Shown piece by piece: positions 1-8,650 of a DNA stretch of 64,000 nt. The notes below the pieces were generated by a model that saw only the letters and a list, made by a program, of their open reading frames with translations, had not been told where the DNA came from and did no database searches. Position numbers and translations under genes: made by a program. The stretch covers positions 928,001 through 992,000 of the forward strand of contig CAVSAC010000012.1 in NCBI GenBank assembly GCA_963725865.1, given 5' to 3'. The stretch is from Candidatus Eiseniibacteriota bacterium. GTDB lineage: Bacteria; Eisenbacteria; RBG-16-71-46. Numbering within the stretch: the stretch's first letter is position 1; every line of letters starts with the position of its first letter.

Positions 1-1
1 C

Positions 2-250
2 AACCCGTTCACCGGCTCGACCACGATCCGCTTCCGGCTCGCGGCCGCGGGCCCGACCGAGCTGGCGGTCTTCGATCTCGGCGGGCGCATCGTGAAGCGC
101 CTCGCGCGCGGGACGTGGACGGCCGGCGATCACAGCGTGGTGTGGGACGGCACCGACGAGTCCGGTCGCCGGTTGCCGCCGGGCGTGTACGCCTACCACC
201 TGCACAGCGGCGCGCTGTCGGAGTCGCGTCACATCGTGCTGTTCCGCTAG
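2..250 (+). CDS. C-terminal fragment of a secreted protein; FlgD Ig-like / T9SS-type-A-like sorting domain (5' partial)
   Basis: Frame 2 reads NPFTGSTTIRFRLAAAGPTELAVFDLGGRIVKRLARGTWTAGDHSVVWDGTDESGRRLPPGVYAYHLHSG...IVLFR*, matching the PNP...VFD..GR.V...WDG.D..G..LP.GVY pattern; not present in the ORF track. Confidence 0.85.
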   Translation, partial: NPFTGSTTIRFRLAAAGPTELAVFDLGGRIVKRLARGTWTAGDHSVVWDGTDESGRRLPPGVYAYHLHSGALSESRHIVLFR

Positions 251-453
251 CACCGCGGGCGGGTTCCACGCGCCGCCGGTCCCCCATCGGGGCCGGCGGC
301 GCTGCTTGGGGGCGGCGCCGGGGACCGCCCGTCCGCGGTCGCCGCGAGCCCGCCGGACCCACGGGGCCCCGGGCGGGGTATAAGAGGAGCAGCGAGCGGC
401 CCCTGCGCCCGATGGACCGGGGGCCCTCGCGCTTCCTCGCACCCCGGAGCCCC

Positions 454-1380
454 ATGGTCCCCACGCGCGTCGTGTCGCTGCTCGCCTCCAGCACCGAGAT
501 GGTGGCCGCGCTCGGCTGCGGCGACCGGCTGGTCGGGCGCTCCCACGAATGCGACCACCCCGACTGGGTGCGCAAGCTGCCCGCGGTGACCCGCCCCCGC
601 ATCGACGTCACCGTGCCCTCGGCCACGATCGACGGCAGCGTGCGCGCGCTGGTCGAGCTGGCCGCCTCGGTCTATCACGTCGACGCCGACGCGCTGGCGG
701 CGCTGGCGCCCGACCTGGTCATCACCCAGACCCAGTGCGAGGTGTGCGCGGTCTCGCTGCGCGACGTCGAGGCCGCCATGCGCCAGGCCATGCCCAGCCA
801 CCCGCGCGTGGTCGCGCTGGAGCCGAACGCGCTCGCCGACCTGTGGCGCGACCTGCGCAAGGTGGCCGACGCGCTCGGCGTGCCGGAGCGCGGCGTGCAG
901 CTGATCTCGCGCCTGCGCCAGCGCATGCAGGCGATCGCCACGCGCTGCGCCGAGTTCGCGCCGTCGCCGCGTGTGGCGATGATCGAGTGGATCGACCCGC
1001 TGATGGCGGCCGGCAACTGGCATCCCGAGCTCATCGCGATGGCCGGCGCGATCGACGTGTTCGGCGTGCCGGGCGCGCGCGCGCCCGTGATCGATCTCGC
1101 GGCACTCGCGGCCGCCGACCCGGACGTGGTGTGGGTCGCGCCGTGCGGATTCGACCTCGCGCGCACCCGCGAGGAGCTGGGCGGGCTCGCGCGCCTGCCG
1201 CAGTGGAGCGCGCTGCGCGCGGTGCGCGAGCGGCGCGTCGTCCTGGGCGACGGCAACGCGTTCTTCAACCGCCCCGGCCCGCGGGTGGCCGAGACGCTCG
1301 AGATCCTGGCCGAGGCGTTGCACCCGCAGGCGTTCCGCTTCGGGCACGAGGGCACCGGCTGGGCGCGGTGGGAGAGCTGA
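454..1380 (+). CDS. Cobalamin/Fe-siderophore-type substrate-binding protein (BtuF/TroA-like)
   Basis: RVVSLLASSTEMVAALG..DRLVGRSHECD, EWIDPLMAAGNWHPELI and DGNAFFNRPGPR motifs; alternative ATG at 412; no clear signal peptide. Confidence 0.8.
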   Translation: MVPTRVVSLLASSTEMVAALGCGDRLVGRSHECDHPDWVRKLPAVTRPRIDVTVPSATIDGSVRALVELAASVYHVDADALAALAPDLVITQTQCEVCAVSLRDVEAAMRQAMPSHPRVVALEPNALADLWRDLRKVADALGVPERGVQLISRLRQRMQAIATRCAEFAPSPRVAMIEWIDPLMAAGNWHPELIAMAGAIDVFGVPGARAPVIDLAALAAADPDVVWVAPCGFDLARTREELGGLARLPQWSALRAVRERRVVLGDGNAFFNRPGPRVAETLEILAEALHPQAFRFGHEGTGWARWES

Positions 1381-1407
1381 GGCGGTACCCGCCCGCGGCC
1401 GTGCGCG

Positions 1408-3084
1408 TCAGGGCAACGCGGGACGCGCCGCGCGCCAGATCGGCACCCAGTCCCACAGCGGCGTGAGCGTGGGCGCCGCAAGCATGCTGCCGCCGAAGCC
1501 GAGCGAGCGCCGCGTGAGCACCTCGATCGAGGCGATGTCGACGCGCTGCAGCGTCGCGTAGTCGAGCCGCAGCCGCTCGCGCTCGGCCAGCTCCGCCACG
1601 TGCCGCGCGACCCGCGCCGCGCGCTGGTCCACCTGCGCGAGGTCGCGCGCCTCGGCGAGCGCCGACGCCGCCCCCGCCGAGTCGGGGATCACGCGCTTGC
1701 CGAGCACGCGGAACACCGACACGCCATCGGGCAGCGTCAGCGGACCGCACAGCGAATCGCGCGGCGTGAGCAGCGCGGCGATGCCGAGCTCGGGGTAGCG
1801 CCGCACCGGCACGAAGCCCGAGCGTCCGCCGCGCGCGCGCCACGCGACCCGCCGGGTGCTGGCGCGCGCGAGGGAATCCAGGTCGGCGCCGGCGTCGAGC
1901 AGCGCGCGGGTGCGCGCCGCCTCCGCGCGCGAGTCGCCGAGCACCTCGGCCACGTCCACCTCGCACAGCGCGCGCGCCCGCGCCGGCTGGTAGAGCGCGA
2001 GCGCGTGGAAGGCGTCGTCCTCGCTCGGCGCGGGACCGGGCATCAGCGACTCGAGCCGCACCTGCGCCCGCCAGGTCGCGGTCCACATCGCGAGGTCGTG
2101 CCGCACCTCGGGCAACTCGTCGAGGTGGCGGCGCAGTCCCTCGCGCGCCATCAGCTCGCCCTCGACGACCGCGCGCAGCGCGATGCTGAGGTCGACGGCC
2201 ATCCGGCGCTTGGGCCGCATCGAGATCGGCAGCGGCTGGAGGCGGAACGTCTCGAGCGCCTCGCCCAGGCTGAGCGAGCCATCCGGCAGGTGCACCAGCG
2301 GGCGCTCGAGCGAAGCGGCCAGCCGCGCCATCAGCGGATCGACCGTCGCCGGCAGCTGCACGCTGCTGTCGCGGCCCGGCACCGCGCTCGCGGCGATCAG
2401 CGCGTGCAGCGTGTCGGCCAGCATCACGAACGTCGCGGTGTCGACCATCGCACGCTGGCCCGCGAGCGTCTGTTCCATGAATGCGACGGCGCGGCGCTGT
2501 TCGCCCACCTGCTTGAGCGAGTCCGTCACCGCCTTGCGCAGCGCGCGGCGGCCCGCGAGGTCGAGCGTCCGCGCGCGCGCACGGGTCAGCCGCTCGACGT
2601 CGGCGGCCGCGACCGCCGGCTCCGCCGCCACCACGTCGTGGTAGAGCGCGTCGCGCACCAGCGCCTTGCGCAGCACCGCGCGCATGCGCGCGATCGCCGG
2701 CGAGTCGCCGAGCCCGAGCCGCTCGGCGTCCTCGGCCAGCAGCGCTTCGGCGGCCAGCGACTGGAGCGCGCGCACCTTGGCCGAGTCCATCGAGGCGCCC
2801 GCCCGCTTGCCCGGCCACGGCATCGCCTCGATGCGCTGCACCAGGTCGGCGACCGTGATGCCGCGGCCGCCCACCCACGCGAGCGTGTCGCGCGTCAGCG
2901 CCTCGGCGCGCCAGGCGCGCGTCGCCGCCGGAGTCGGGGCGGGCGCCGCTGTCCGGACCGTGCGCGGCGCAGCGGCCCGGCTGGCGTGTGACGCCGGCGC
3001 GGCCGCCGCCAGCGGCGCGAGCAGGGCGAGCAGCGCGGTCGCCGCCAGCGGCACGCTCCGTCGCACTCCTGGGATGGGACGCAT
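1408..3084 (-). CDS. Secreted SurA/PrsA-like parvulin (PpiC) foldase, degenerate
   Basis: Signal peptide (VPLAATALLALLAPLAAAAPA); SurA-N-like LAWVGGRGITVADL; parvulin-like GADLDSLARAS...RGGRSGFV...GPLTLPDGVSVFRV; start supported by the upstream promoter. Confidence 0.65.
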   Translation of the reverse strand: MRPIPGVRRSVPLAATALLALLAPLAAAAPASHASRAAAPRTVRTAAPAPTPAATRAWRAEALTRDTLAWVGGRGITVADLVQRIEAMPWPGKRAGASMDSAKVRALQSLAAEALLAEDAERLGLGDSPAIARMRAVLRKALVRDALYHDVVAAEPAVAAADVERLTRARARTLDLAGRRALRKAVTDSLKQVGEQRRAVAFMEQTLAGQRAMVDTATFVMLADTLHALIAASAVPGRDSSVQLPATVDPLMARLAASLERPLVHLPDGSLSLGEALETFRLQPLPISMRPKRRMAVDLSIALRAVVEGELMAREGLRRHLDELPEVRHDLAMWTATWRAQVRLESLMPGPAPSEDDAFHALALYQPARARALCEVDVAEVLGDSRAEAARTRALLDAGADLDSLARASTRRVAWRARGGRSGFVPVRRYPELGIAALLTPRDSLCGPLTLPDGVSVFRVLGKRVIPDSAGAASALAEARDLAQVDQRAARVARHVAELAERERLRLDYATLQRVDIASIEVLTRRSLGFGGSMLAAPTLTPLWDWVPIWRAARPALP

Positions 3085-3090
3085 GCGCGG

Positions 3091-3119
3091 ACCATACGGA
3101 GCGCCCGCGAGGCTGACAA
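3091..3119 (-). promoter_or_regulatory. Sigma70-type promoter, leaderless geometry
   Basis: Minus strand TTGTCA-N17-TATGGT, then 6 nt, then ATG (3084). Confidence 0.65.
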
Positions 3120-3225
3120 GGTGCCGAAGCGCGCGCCGACGCCGCGCGCCCCCACTCCTCGTGCGCGCCGCGCGCCGGGCGGACCGCGTTGAGCCGCGGC
3201 GCGGCGATGTGCGACTCTGCCGCGC

Positions 3226-3768
3226 ATGCCGACCTCCGAGGCGTGGCAGATCCCGTACGTGTGCGACGTCATCGCTCGCGAGCGCCCGCGCAGCGTGCTC
3301 GACGTGGGCGCCGGCTACGGCAAGTACGGGCTGCTCGCGCGCGAGTACGCCGACTGCGAGCGGGTCGACGCGGTGGACGTGAATCCGCCGCGCTACGCCG
3401 TCTACGATCACGTCTACCTGGGCGACGTCGCGCGCCTGGACGCCGTGGTGCCGGCCGACGCGCCGCGCTACGACCTGGCGCTGTTCCTCGACGTGATCGA
3501 GCACTTCGAGAAGCCGCAGGCGTGGGAGGTGCTGCTCGCGATCACGCGCCGCGCGCGCCGCGTGCTGGTGACCACGCCGTGGGGATTCCGGCCGCAGGAG
3601 ATCCCCGGCATGCCCTTCGAGACCCACCGCTCCGGCTGGGTGCCGTGGGAGTTCGGCGCGCGCGTGAAGGTCCACGAGTGGCGCGCGTTCCCGGGGCATT
3701 TCACCCGCCACCTCAAGCTGCCGCGCCTGTGGCAGGTGCTGGTGCTGGTGAGCGCGCGCGAGGGGTGA
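3226..3768 (+). CDS. Class I SAM-dependent methyltransferase
   Basis: VLDVGAGYGKYG motif I; YDLALFLDVIEHF; VLVTTP. Confidence 0.8.
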   Translation: MPTSEAWQIPYVCDVIARERPRSVLDVGAGYGKYGLLAREYADCERVDAVDVNPPRYAVYDHVYLGDVARLDAVVPADAPRYDLALFLDVIEHFEKPQAWEVLLAITRRARRVLVTTPWGFRPQEIPGMPFETHRSGWVPWEFGARVKVHEWRAFPGHFTRHLKLPRLWQVLVLVSAREG

Positions 3769-4337
3769 CGGGTGTGTTCGCAAAGATCCTGCATGCACTG
3801 GCGAAGGACCTGCGCGACCGGGGCAAGCTCGACCTGACCGAGTGTTTCATCGACGCCACCTTCGTGGGGGCGAAAAAGGGGGCCTATGTGTGGGCCCGAC
3901 GAAGCGCGGGAAGGGTTCAAAGCTCATGGCAGTTGCGGACCGCCATGGTCTTCCTCTCGCCGTCGACGTGGCCAGTGCTTCGCCAGCTGAAGTCCGACTG
4001 GTCATCTCCACCCTCGAAGCCCGCTTCCTCCCGGAACTCCCGGAGCGGCTCATCGGCGACAAGGCCTACGACAGCGACCCGCTCGCGGCGCAGCTTGCCG
4101 AAGGCAACGTCGAACTGATCGCGCCGAACCGCAGCAACCGCAAAGTGAAGACCCAGGATGGCCGCCCGCTGCGTCGCTATCGTCGGCGCTGGAAGGTCGA
4201 GCGGCTGTTCGCCTGGTTGCACAACTTCCGCCGGTTGGTGACGCGTTGGGAGTACGACGTGCTCAACTTCCTCGGCTTCGTCCAGCTCGGCTGCATCGTC
4301 ATCCTGCTGCGCAGGTGTTTATGAGACCGCTTCTAGT
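3765..4337 (+). mobile_element. 5'-truncated IS5-family insertion sequence with -1 frameshift transposase
   Basis: OrfA remnant GVFAKILHALAKDLRDRGKLDLTECFIDATFVGAKKG; slippery run AAAAAGGGGG at 3873-3882; OrfB GPTKRGKGSKLMAVADRHGLPL, IGDKAYDSD, YRRRWKVERLFAWLHNFRRLVTRWE (stop 4324); right end TTATGAGACCGCTT followed by CTAG; no left end seen. Confidence 0.85.
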
Positions 4338-5295
4338 GGGAATGGTGTTGGTGACGGCTTGCGCCGGATGCAGTCCGCGGAACCCGGTGAAAGTGGAAGC
4401 GCCGTGCCGAGATGTTGAATGGCAAGTGGCGAACCAATGGGACCCGGCCTGGTCCCCTGAGGGCGACCGCATTGCGGTCGTGAGCGCCTACGATGGCTTG
4501 GGTGCGTTCGCCCCAGGGCTATACATTGCCGAACTCCGTATGCGCACCTGGACCCGCATCGAGGACTTCCAGAACATGGGGTTTGGTGTCTGGGATATCT
4601 CGTGGGCGCCCGATGGGCGGCGACTCCTGATGTGGGCAAATGGGGCCCTTGGGTCGTTCGATCTGCGCGATCGGACGTGGCAGCCACTGATCGCGGCGTC
4701 CTACCCAAAGTGGATTCAGTGGTGGCCGGGACGTGACAGCCTTTGCTGGTGGGCGGATGACAACAGCGGTTTCTACACGATCGACCTCGGAACCGGCGAG
4801 GTCGGGCGGTTCGTAGTGGATGACACGATCTCGTACCTGGGGGGTGGCGATCAGATCGCGTTCCCGAGGGACGGGAGCAAGCTCGTCTGGAGTGAGGGGA
4901 TCCCCGATCCAGACGGGCAGCATCCAGACGTGCGCGAGCTCTTCATGGTTGGCGCGGACGGTCGTGGACGAGGCCAACTCACCTTCCTCGGGGGCAATGC
5001 CCGGAATCCGCAATGGGTGCGTGGGGATCGCGAGATCATCTTCGATTTCGCTCCCCACGACTGCGCCTACGTCGAGCACCCGATGCGCCACACCTGGAGC
5101 ATCAACCCCGACGGTTCGAATCCGCACCAGTGGCCCTATGACCTCGGCGATTCGCGGGTGCAGTTCGGGTATCCCCCGGCCATCGATCCGACGGGGGAGA
5201 AGGTAGCGTTCATCGCTCTCGATCCGTCCACGGGCAAGGGGTCGCTCTACACGATGGACATCGATGGGCGGAATCGGCGGCGGGTGATGAAGTGA
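4321..5295 (+). CDS. TolB-like (PD40) beta-propeller lipoprotein, paralog 1
   Basis: MRPLLVGMVLVTACAGC lipoprotein-type signal; PAWSPEGDRIAVVS, SWAPDGRRL, LYTMDIDGRNRRR. Confidence 0.75.
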   Translation: MRPLLVGMVLVTACAGCSPRNPVKVEAPCRDVEWQVANQWDPAWSPEGDRIAVVSAYDGLGAFAPGLYIAELRMRTWTRIEDFQNMGFGVWDISWAPDGRRLLMWANGALGSFDLRDRTWQPLIAASYPKWIQWWPGRDSLCWWADDNSGFYTIDLGTGEVGRFVVDDTISYLGGGDQIAFPRDGSKLVWSEGIPDPDGQHPDVRELFMVGADGRGRGQLTFLGGNARNPQWVRGDREIIFDFAPHDCAYVEHPMRHTWSINPDGSNPHQWPYDLGDSRVQFGYPPAIDPTGEKVAFIALDPSTGKGSLYTMDIDGRNRRRVMK

Positions 5296-6302
5296 CGCGT
5301 CGGGTGGCCGCGTCGGTGGTGCTGATGGGCTTGCTGGGGTGCGGTGGGCGTCATCACGTGGTCGCACGCGGTCCGGCGCCGGAATGCGAGCTCATCACGC
5401 CAGTCAGGGTCGAACTATCGTGTCCGACTTGGGCCCCGACCGGTGACAGCCTCGCCATCATCAGCTCGCGGAATGATCTCGGGAAGCCAGCACCTGGGCT
5501 CTACATCGTGTCCTGGACCTCAGGTCGGGCACGGCGCGTGCTGGATGCGAGCAGCTTGTCCGGGGTCTATGAGCTGCAGTGGTGCCCGACCGGTCGACGA
5601 CTGGCGGTGTGGAAGGGAAACGACATGTGGCAGCTCGACCTCGACCCCGTCCTCTGGAGCCGAGTGTCGGATGGAATCCACCCGGCCGCCTTCCCCAGTT
5701 GGAGCCCCGATGGCGAGTGGCTCTACTACACCCGTTGGCCGCTCGACACCGAGCCGATCGAGTCCGGCGGGCTCTACGTCTACGACCGCGTATTGCGAGT
5801 CACCCACCAGCTGGTGTCTCGCGAGGGCGTACCGATCTGGCCCGCGGCGCGGGTGACCTTTTCGCCCGATGGGAACTGGATGGCCTTCCCGTCCGCCGTC
5901 CCGGGCCCGGACCCTGCTGTCGCGAGCGTCTTCGAGTTGGTGGTCATCCGTCGCGACGGCACCGGCCCCCGGCAGTTGACCGAAATGGGCGGGCAGGTCG
6001 GAAGCCCGCAGTGGCTGCCCGACGGGCGCAGCATCGAGTTCGACTTCGTGCAGAACGAGTGCCTCGAGCTCGGCTACTCCCCGCGACATACATGGAGCGT
6101 CGGTACGGATGGCTCCGATCTTCACCGCTGGTCCTACGATCTCAACGACCCGCTCGTCGAGGGCTACCCTCCGCCTTCGATCGATCGAGTACATCGACGC
6201 GTGGCCTATGTCGGGACGGTCTCCGGCGTCGGCCCCGGGAGCCTTTACGTGATGCAGATCGATGGCCGGATCGTTCGGAGGCTGTTCCCCATCAGCCGAT
6301 GA
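5292..6302 (+). CDS. TolB-like (PD40) beta-propeller lipoprotein, paralog 2
   Basis: GTG overlapping the previous stop; lipobox [37 protein letters not shown]. Confidence 0.75.
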   Translation: MTRRVAASVVLMGLLGCGGRHHVVARGPAPECELITPVRVELSCPTWAPTGDSLAIISSRNDLGKPAPGLYIVSWTSGRARRVLDASSLSGVYELQWCPTGRRLAVWKGNDMWQLDLDPVLWSRVSDGIHPAAFPSWSPDGEWLYYTRWPLDTEPIESGGLYVYDRVLRVTHQLVSREGVPIWPAARVTFSPDGNWMAFPSAVPGPDPAVASVFELVVIRRDGTGPRQLTEMGGQVGSPQWLPDGRSIEFDFVQNECLELGYSPRHTWSVGTDGSDLHRWSYDLNDPLVEGYPPPSIDRVHRRVAYVGTVSGVGPGSLYVMQIDGRIVRRLFPISR

Positions 6303-6492
6303 GCTCGCTCGCACGGCGACTCAGGGCCCTCGCCGCGCGCCGGTGCCGGGCCCAAATGCACGCTCCAGTCCGCTCTCCGAGTTGCCGATGGACCCGGGGA
6401 ATCGTGCCGCGCTAACCTGCGCGCGGTGCCATCGCCGAGAGCCACCGCCGCGACGGCGTCCCACGACGCCAGCGCTCCACGGGAGGGAAGCC

Positions 6493-8388
6493 ATGAGCGA
6501 TCCGAAGCCGATCACCGCGCACGTCTCCGAGCAGGAGGCGCGCGCTGTCGCCGAGGCCTCGCGCGAGACCACCTGGGAGGCGCCGTCGTTCGTCCGCGAG
6601 CTGTTCCTCGGGCGACTCGACCTGCACCTGATCCACCCCTACCCGGAGCCGGACCGCGAGGAGCAGCAGCGCGCGGCCGCGTTCCTCGCGACGCTCGAGC
6701 GCTTCGTGCGCGAGCACGTCGATGCCGAGCGCATCGAGCGCGAGGACCGCATCCCGCAGGACGTGGTCGACGGGCTCAAGGCGATGGGCGCGTTCGGCAT
6801 CAAGATTCCGCGCGAGTACGGCGGGCTCGGGCTCTCGCAGTACACCTACTGCAAGGCGATGTCGCTGATCAGCTCGGTGAGCTCACCGATCGTCGCGCTG
6901 CTGTCGGCGCACCAGTCGATCGGCGTGCCGGGGCCGGTCAAGATGTTCGGCACCGAGGAGCAGAAGAAGCGCTTCCTGCCGCGACTCGCCCAGGGCGCGG
7001 TGTCGGCGTTCGCGCTCACCGAGAACGAGGTGGGCTCGGATCCCGCGCGCATGACCACCACCGCGATCCCGACCGCCGACGGCAGCGCGTACGTCCTGAA
7101 CGGCTCGAAGCTGTGGATCACCAACGGCACCGTCGCGGAGCTGATGGTGGTGATGGCGCGCACGCCGGGCAAGGACGGCAAGCCGGGGCCGATCAGCGCG
7201 TTCATCGTGGAGTCGGCGTGGCCCGGGGTCGAGGTCACGCACCGGCTGCAGTTCATGGGCATCCGCGGGATCGAGAACGCGGTGCTCAAGTTCACGAACG
7301 TGCGGGTGCCGAAGGAGAACCTGCTGTGGGGCGAGGGCAAGGGCCTCAAGCTCGCGCTCATCACGCTCAACACCGGCCGCCTCACGCTGCCGGCGACGAT
7401 GGCGGCGGCGGGCAAGTGGTGCCTCGGCGTCTGCCGCGCGTGGGCGAACCACCGCGTCCAGTGGGGCAAGGCGGTCGGCAAGCACGAGGCGGTCGGCGCG
7501 ATGCTCGCCAAGATGACCGCCGACACCTACGCGATGGAGGCGGTGAGCGACCTCGGCACGCTGCTCGCCGACCGCGGCAAGAGCGACATCCGCCTCGAGG
7601 CGGCGATCGCCAAGCTGTGGAACACCGACGTGGCCTGGCAGCTGGTGGACGACGCGCTCCAGGTGCGCGGCGGGCGCGGCTACGAGACCGCCGCGTCGCT
7701 GGTCTCGCGCGGCGAGGCGCCGGTGCCGCTCGAGCGGCTGCTGCGCGACGTGCGCATCAACCGCATCTTCGAGGGCTCGAACCAGGTGATGCGCCTGTTC
7801 ATCGCGCGCGAGGCGCTCGACGTGCACCTGAAGGTGGCGGGCGACGTGGTGATGCCGGGCGTGCCGCCGGCCAAGCGGCTCGCGGGGCTCGTGCGATCGG
7901 TCCTGTTCTACGCCGCGTGGTACCCGAGCCGCTGGCTGGGCTGGGGCTGGTGGCCGGCGTACGGCGAGTTCGGCCCGGTGGCAACGCACCTGCGCTACGT
8001 CGAGCGCACCTCGCGCCGGCTCGCGCGCCAGCTGTTCCACCTGATGGTCACGCAGGGGCCGGCGCTCGAGAAGCGCCAGGGCCTGCTGTTCCGCTGCGTG
8101 GACATCGGCGCGGAGCTGTACGCGATGGCGGCGGTATGCGCGCGCGCGCGCCGCGACGTGCTGGCGAACGCGGTCGACGCGACGCCGTACGAGGTGGCGG
8201 CCGCGTTCTGCCGCGCGTCGCGCCGGCGGGTCGAGGCGCTGTTCGAGGCGGTGCGCGACAACGACGACGTCGAGCAGTACGCCGTCGCGCGCGCGTTCCT
8301 CGACGGGCGCTACACGTGGCTCGAGCGCGGGATCGTCGAGGCCGAGACCGAGGCGCCGCCGGCGCCGCGCGAGGCCCGGCAGGCCTGA
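6493..8388 (+). CDS. Acyl-CoA dehydrogenase (long, VLCAD/ACAD9-like)
   Basis: [74 protein letters not shown]. Confidence 0.92.
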   Translation: MSDPKPITAHVSEQEARAVAEASRETTWEAPSFVRELFLGRLDLHLIHPYPEPDREEQQRAAAFLATLERFVREHVDAERIEREDRIPQDVVDGLKAMGAFGIKIPREYGGLGLSQYTYCKAMSLISSVSSPIVALLSAHQSIGVPGPVKMFGTEEQKKRFLPRLAQGAVSAFALTENEVGSDPARMTTTAIPTADGSAYVLNGSKLWITNGTVAELMVVMARTPGKDGKPGPISAFIVESAWPGVEVTHRLQFMGIRGIENAVLKFTNVRVPKENLLWGEGKGLKLALITLNTGRLTLPATMAAAGKWCLGVCRAWANHRVQWGKAVGKHEAVGAMLAKMTADTYAMEAVSDLGTLLADRGKSDIRLEAAIAKLWNTDVAWQLVDDALQVRGGRGYETAASLVSRGEAPVPLERLLRDVRINRIFEGSNQVMRLFIAREALDVHLKVAGDVVMPGVPPAKRLAGLVRSVLFYAAWYPSRWLGWGWWPAYGEFGPVATHLRYVERTSRRLARQLFHLMVTQGPALEKRQGLLFRCVDIGAELYAMAAVCARARRDVLANAVDATPYEVAAAFCRASRRRVEALFEAVRDNDDVEQYAVARAFLDGRYTWLERGIVEAETEAPPAPREARQA

Positions 8389-8650
8389 CGCTCCGACCTC
8401 CACGAGGACTGCAGGTGTCCGCGTCGGGGCGCTGCCCGGACGGGAGTTAGCGGGTGAGTGCTACCGCCGTCCGGGCGCAAACCGCCGTTGCCCCCCGGGC
8501 GGGCGTGAGGCACAATGCGTCCCGACTGCCCGCCAGGGAGGCGGGTGAGCGGACCCGTGGTCGTCCTGCCGCCGGGTCCGTCCCGGATGCGGTGCGGGTG
8601 GGATCCCGCCAATGCGTCCACCATCCGCAGGACATTCCCTCCAGAATCGC

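Noticed and set aside
3765..6302. Composite transposon carrying the two TolB-like genes
   Set aside because: No second IS copy or matching inverted repeat seen downstream of 6302
8434..8476. CIRCE-like GAGTGCTA inside an inverted repeat downstream of the acyl-CoA dehydrogenase
   Set aside because: Only one half-site with wrong spacing; better explained as a GC hairpin (GCCCGGACGG/CCGTCCGGGC)
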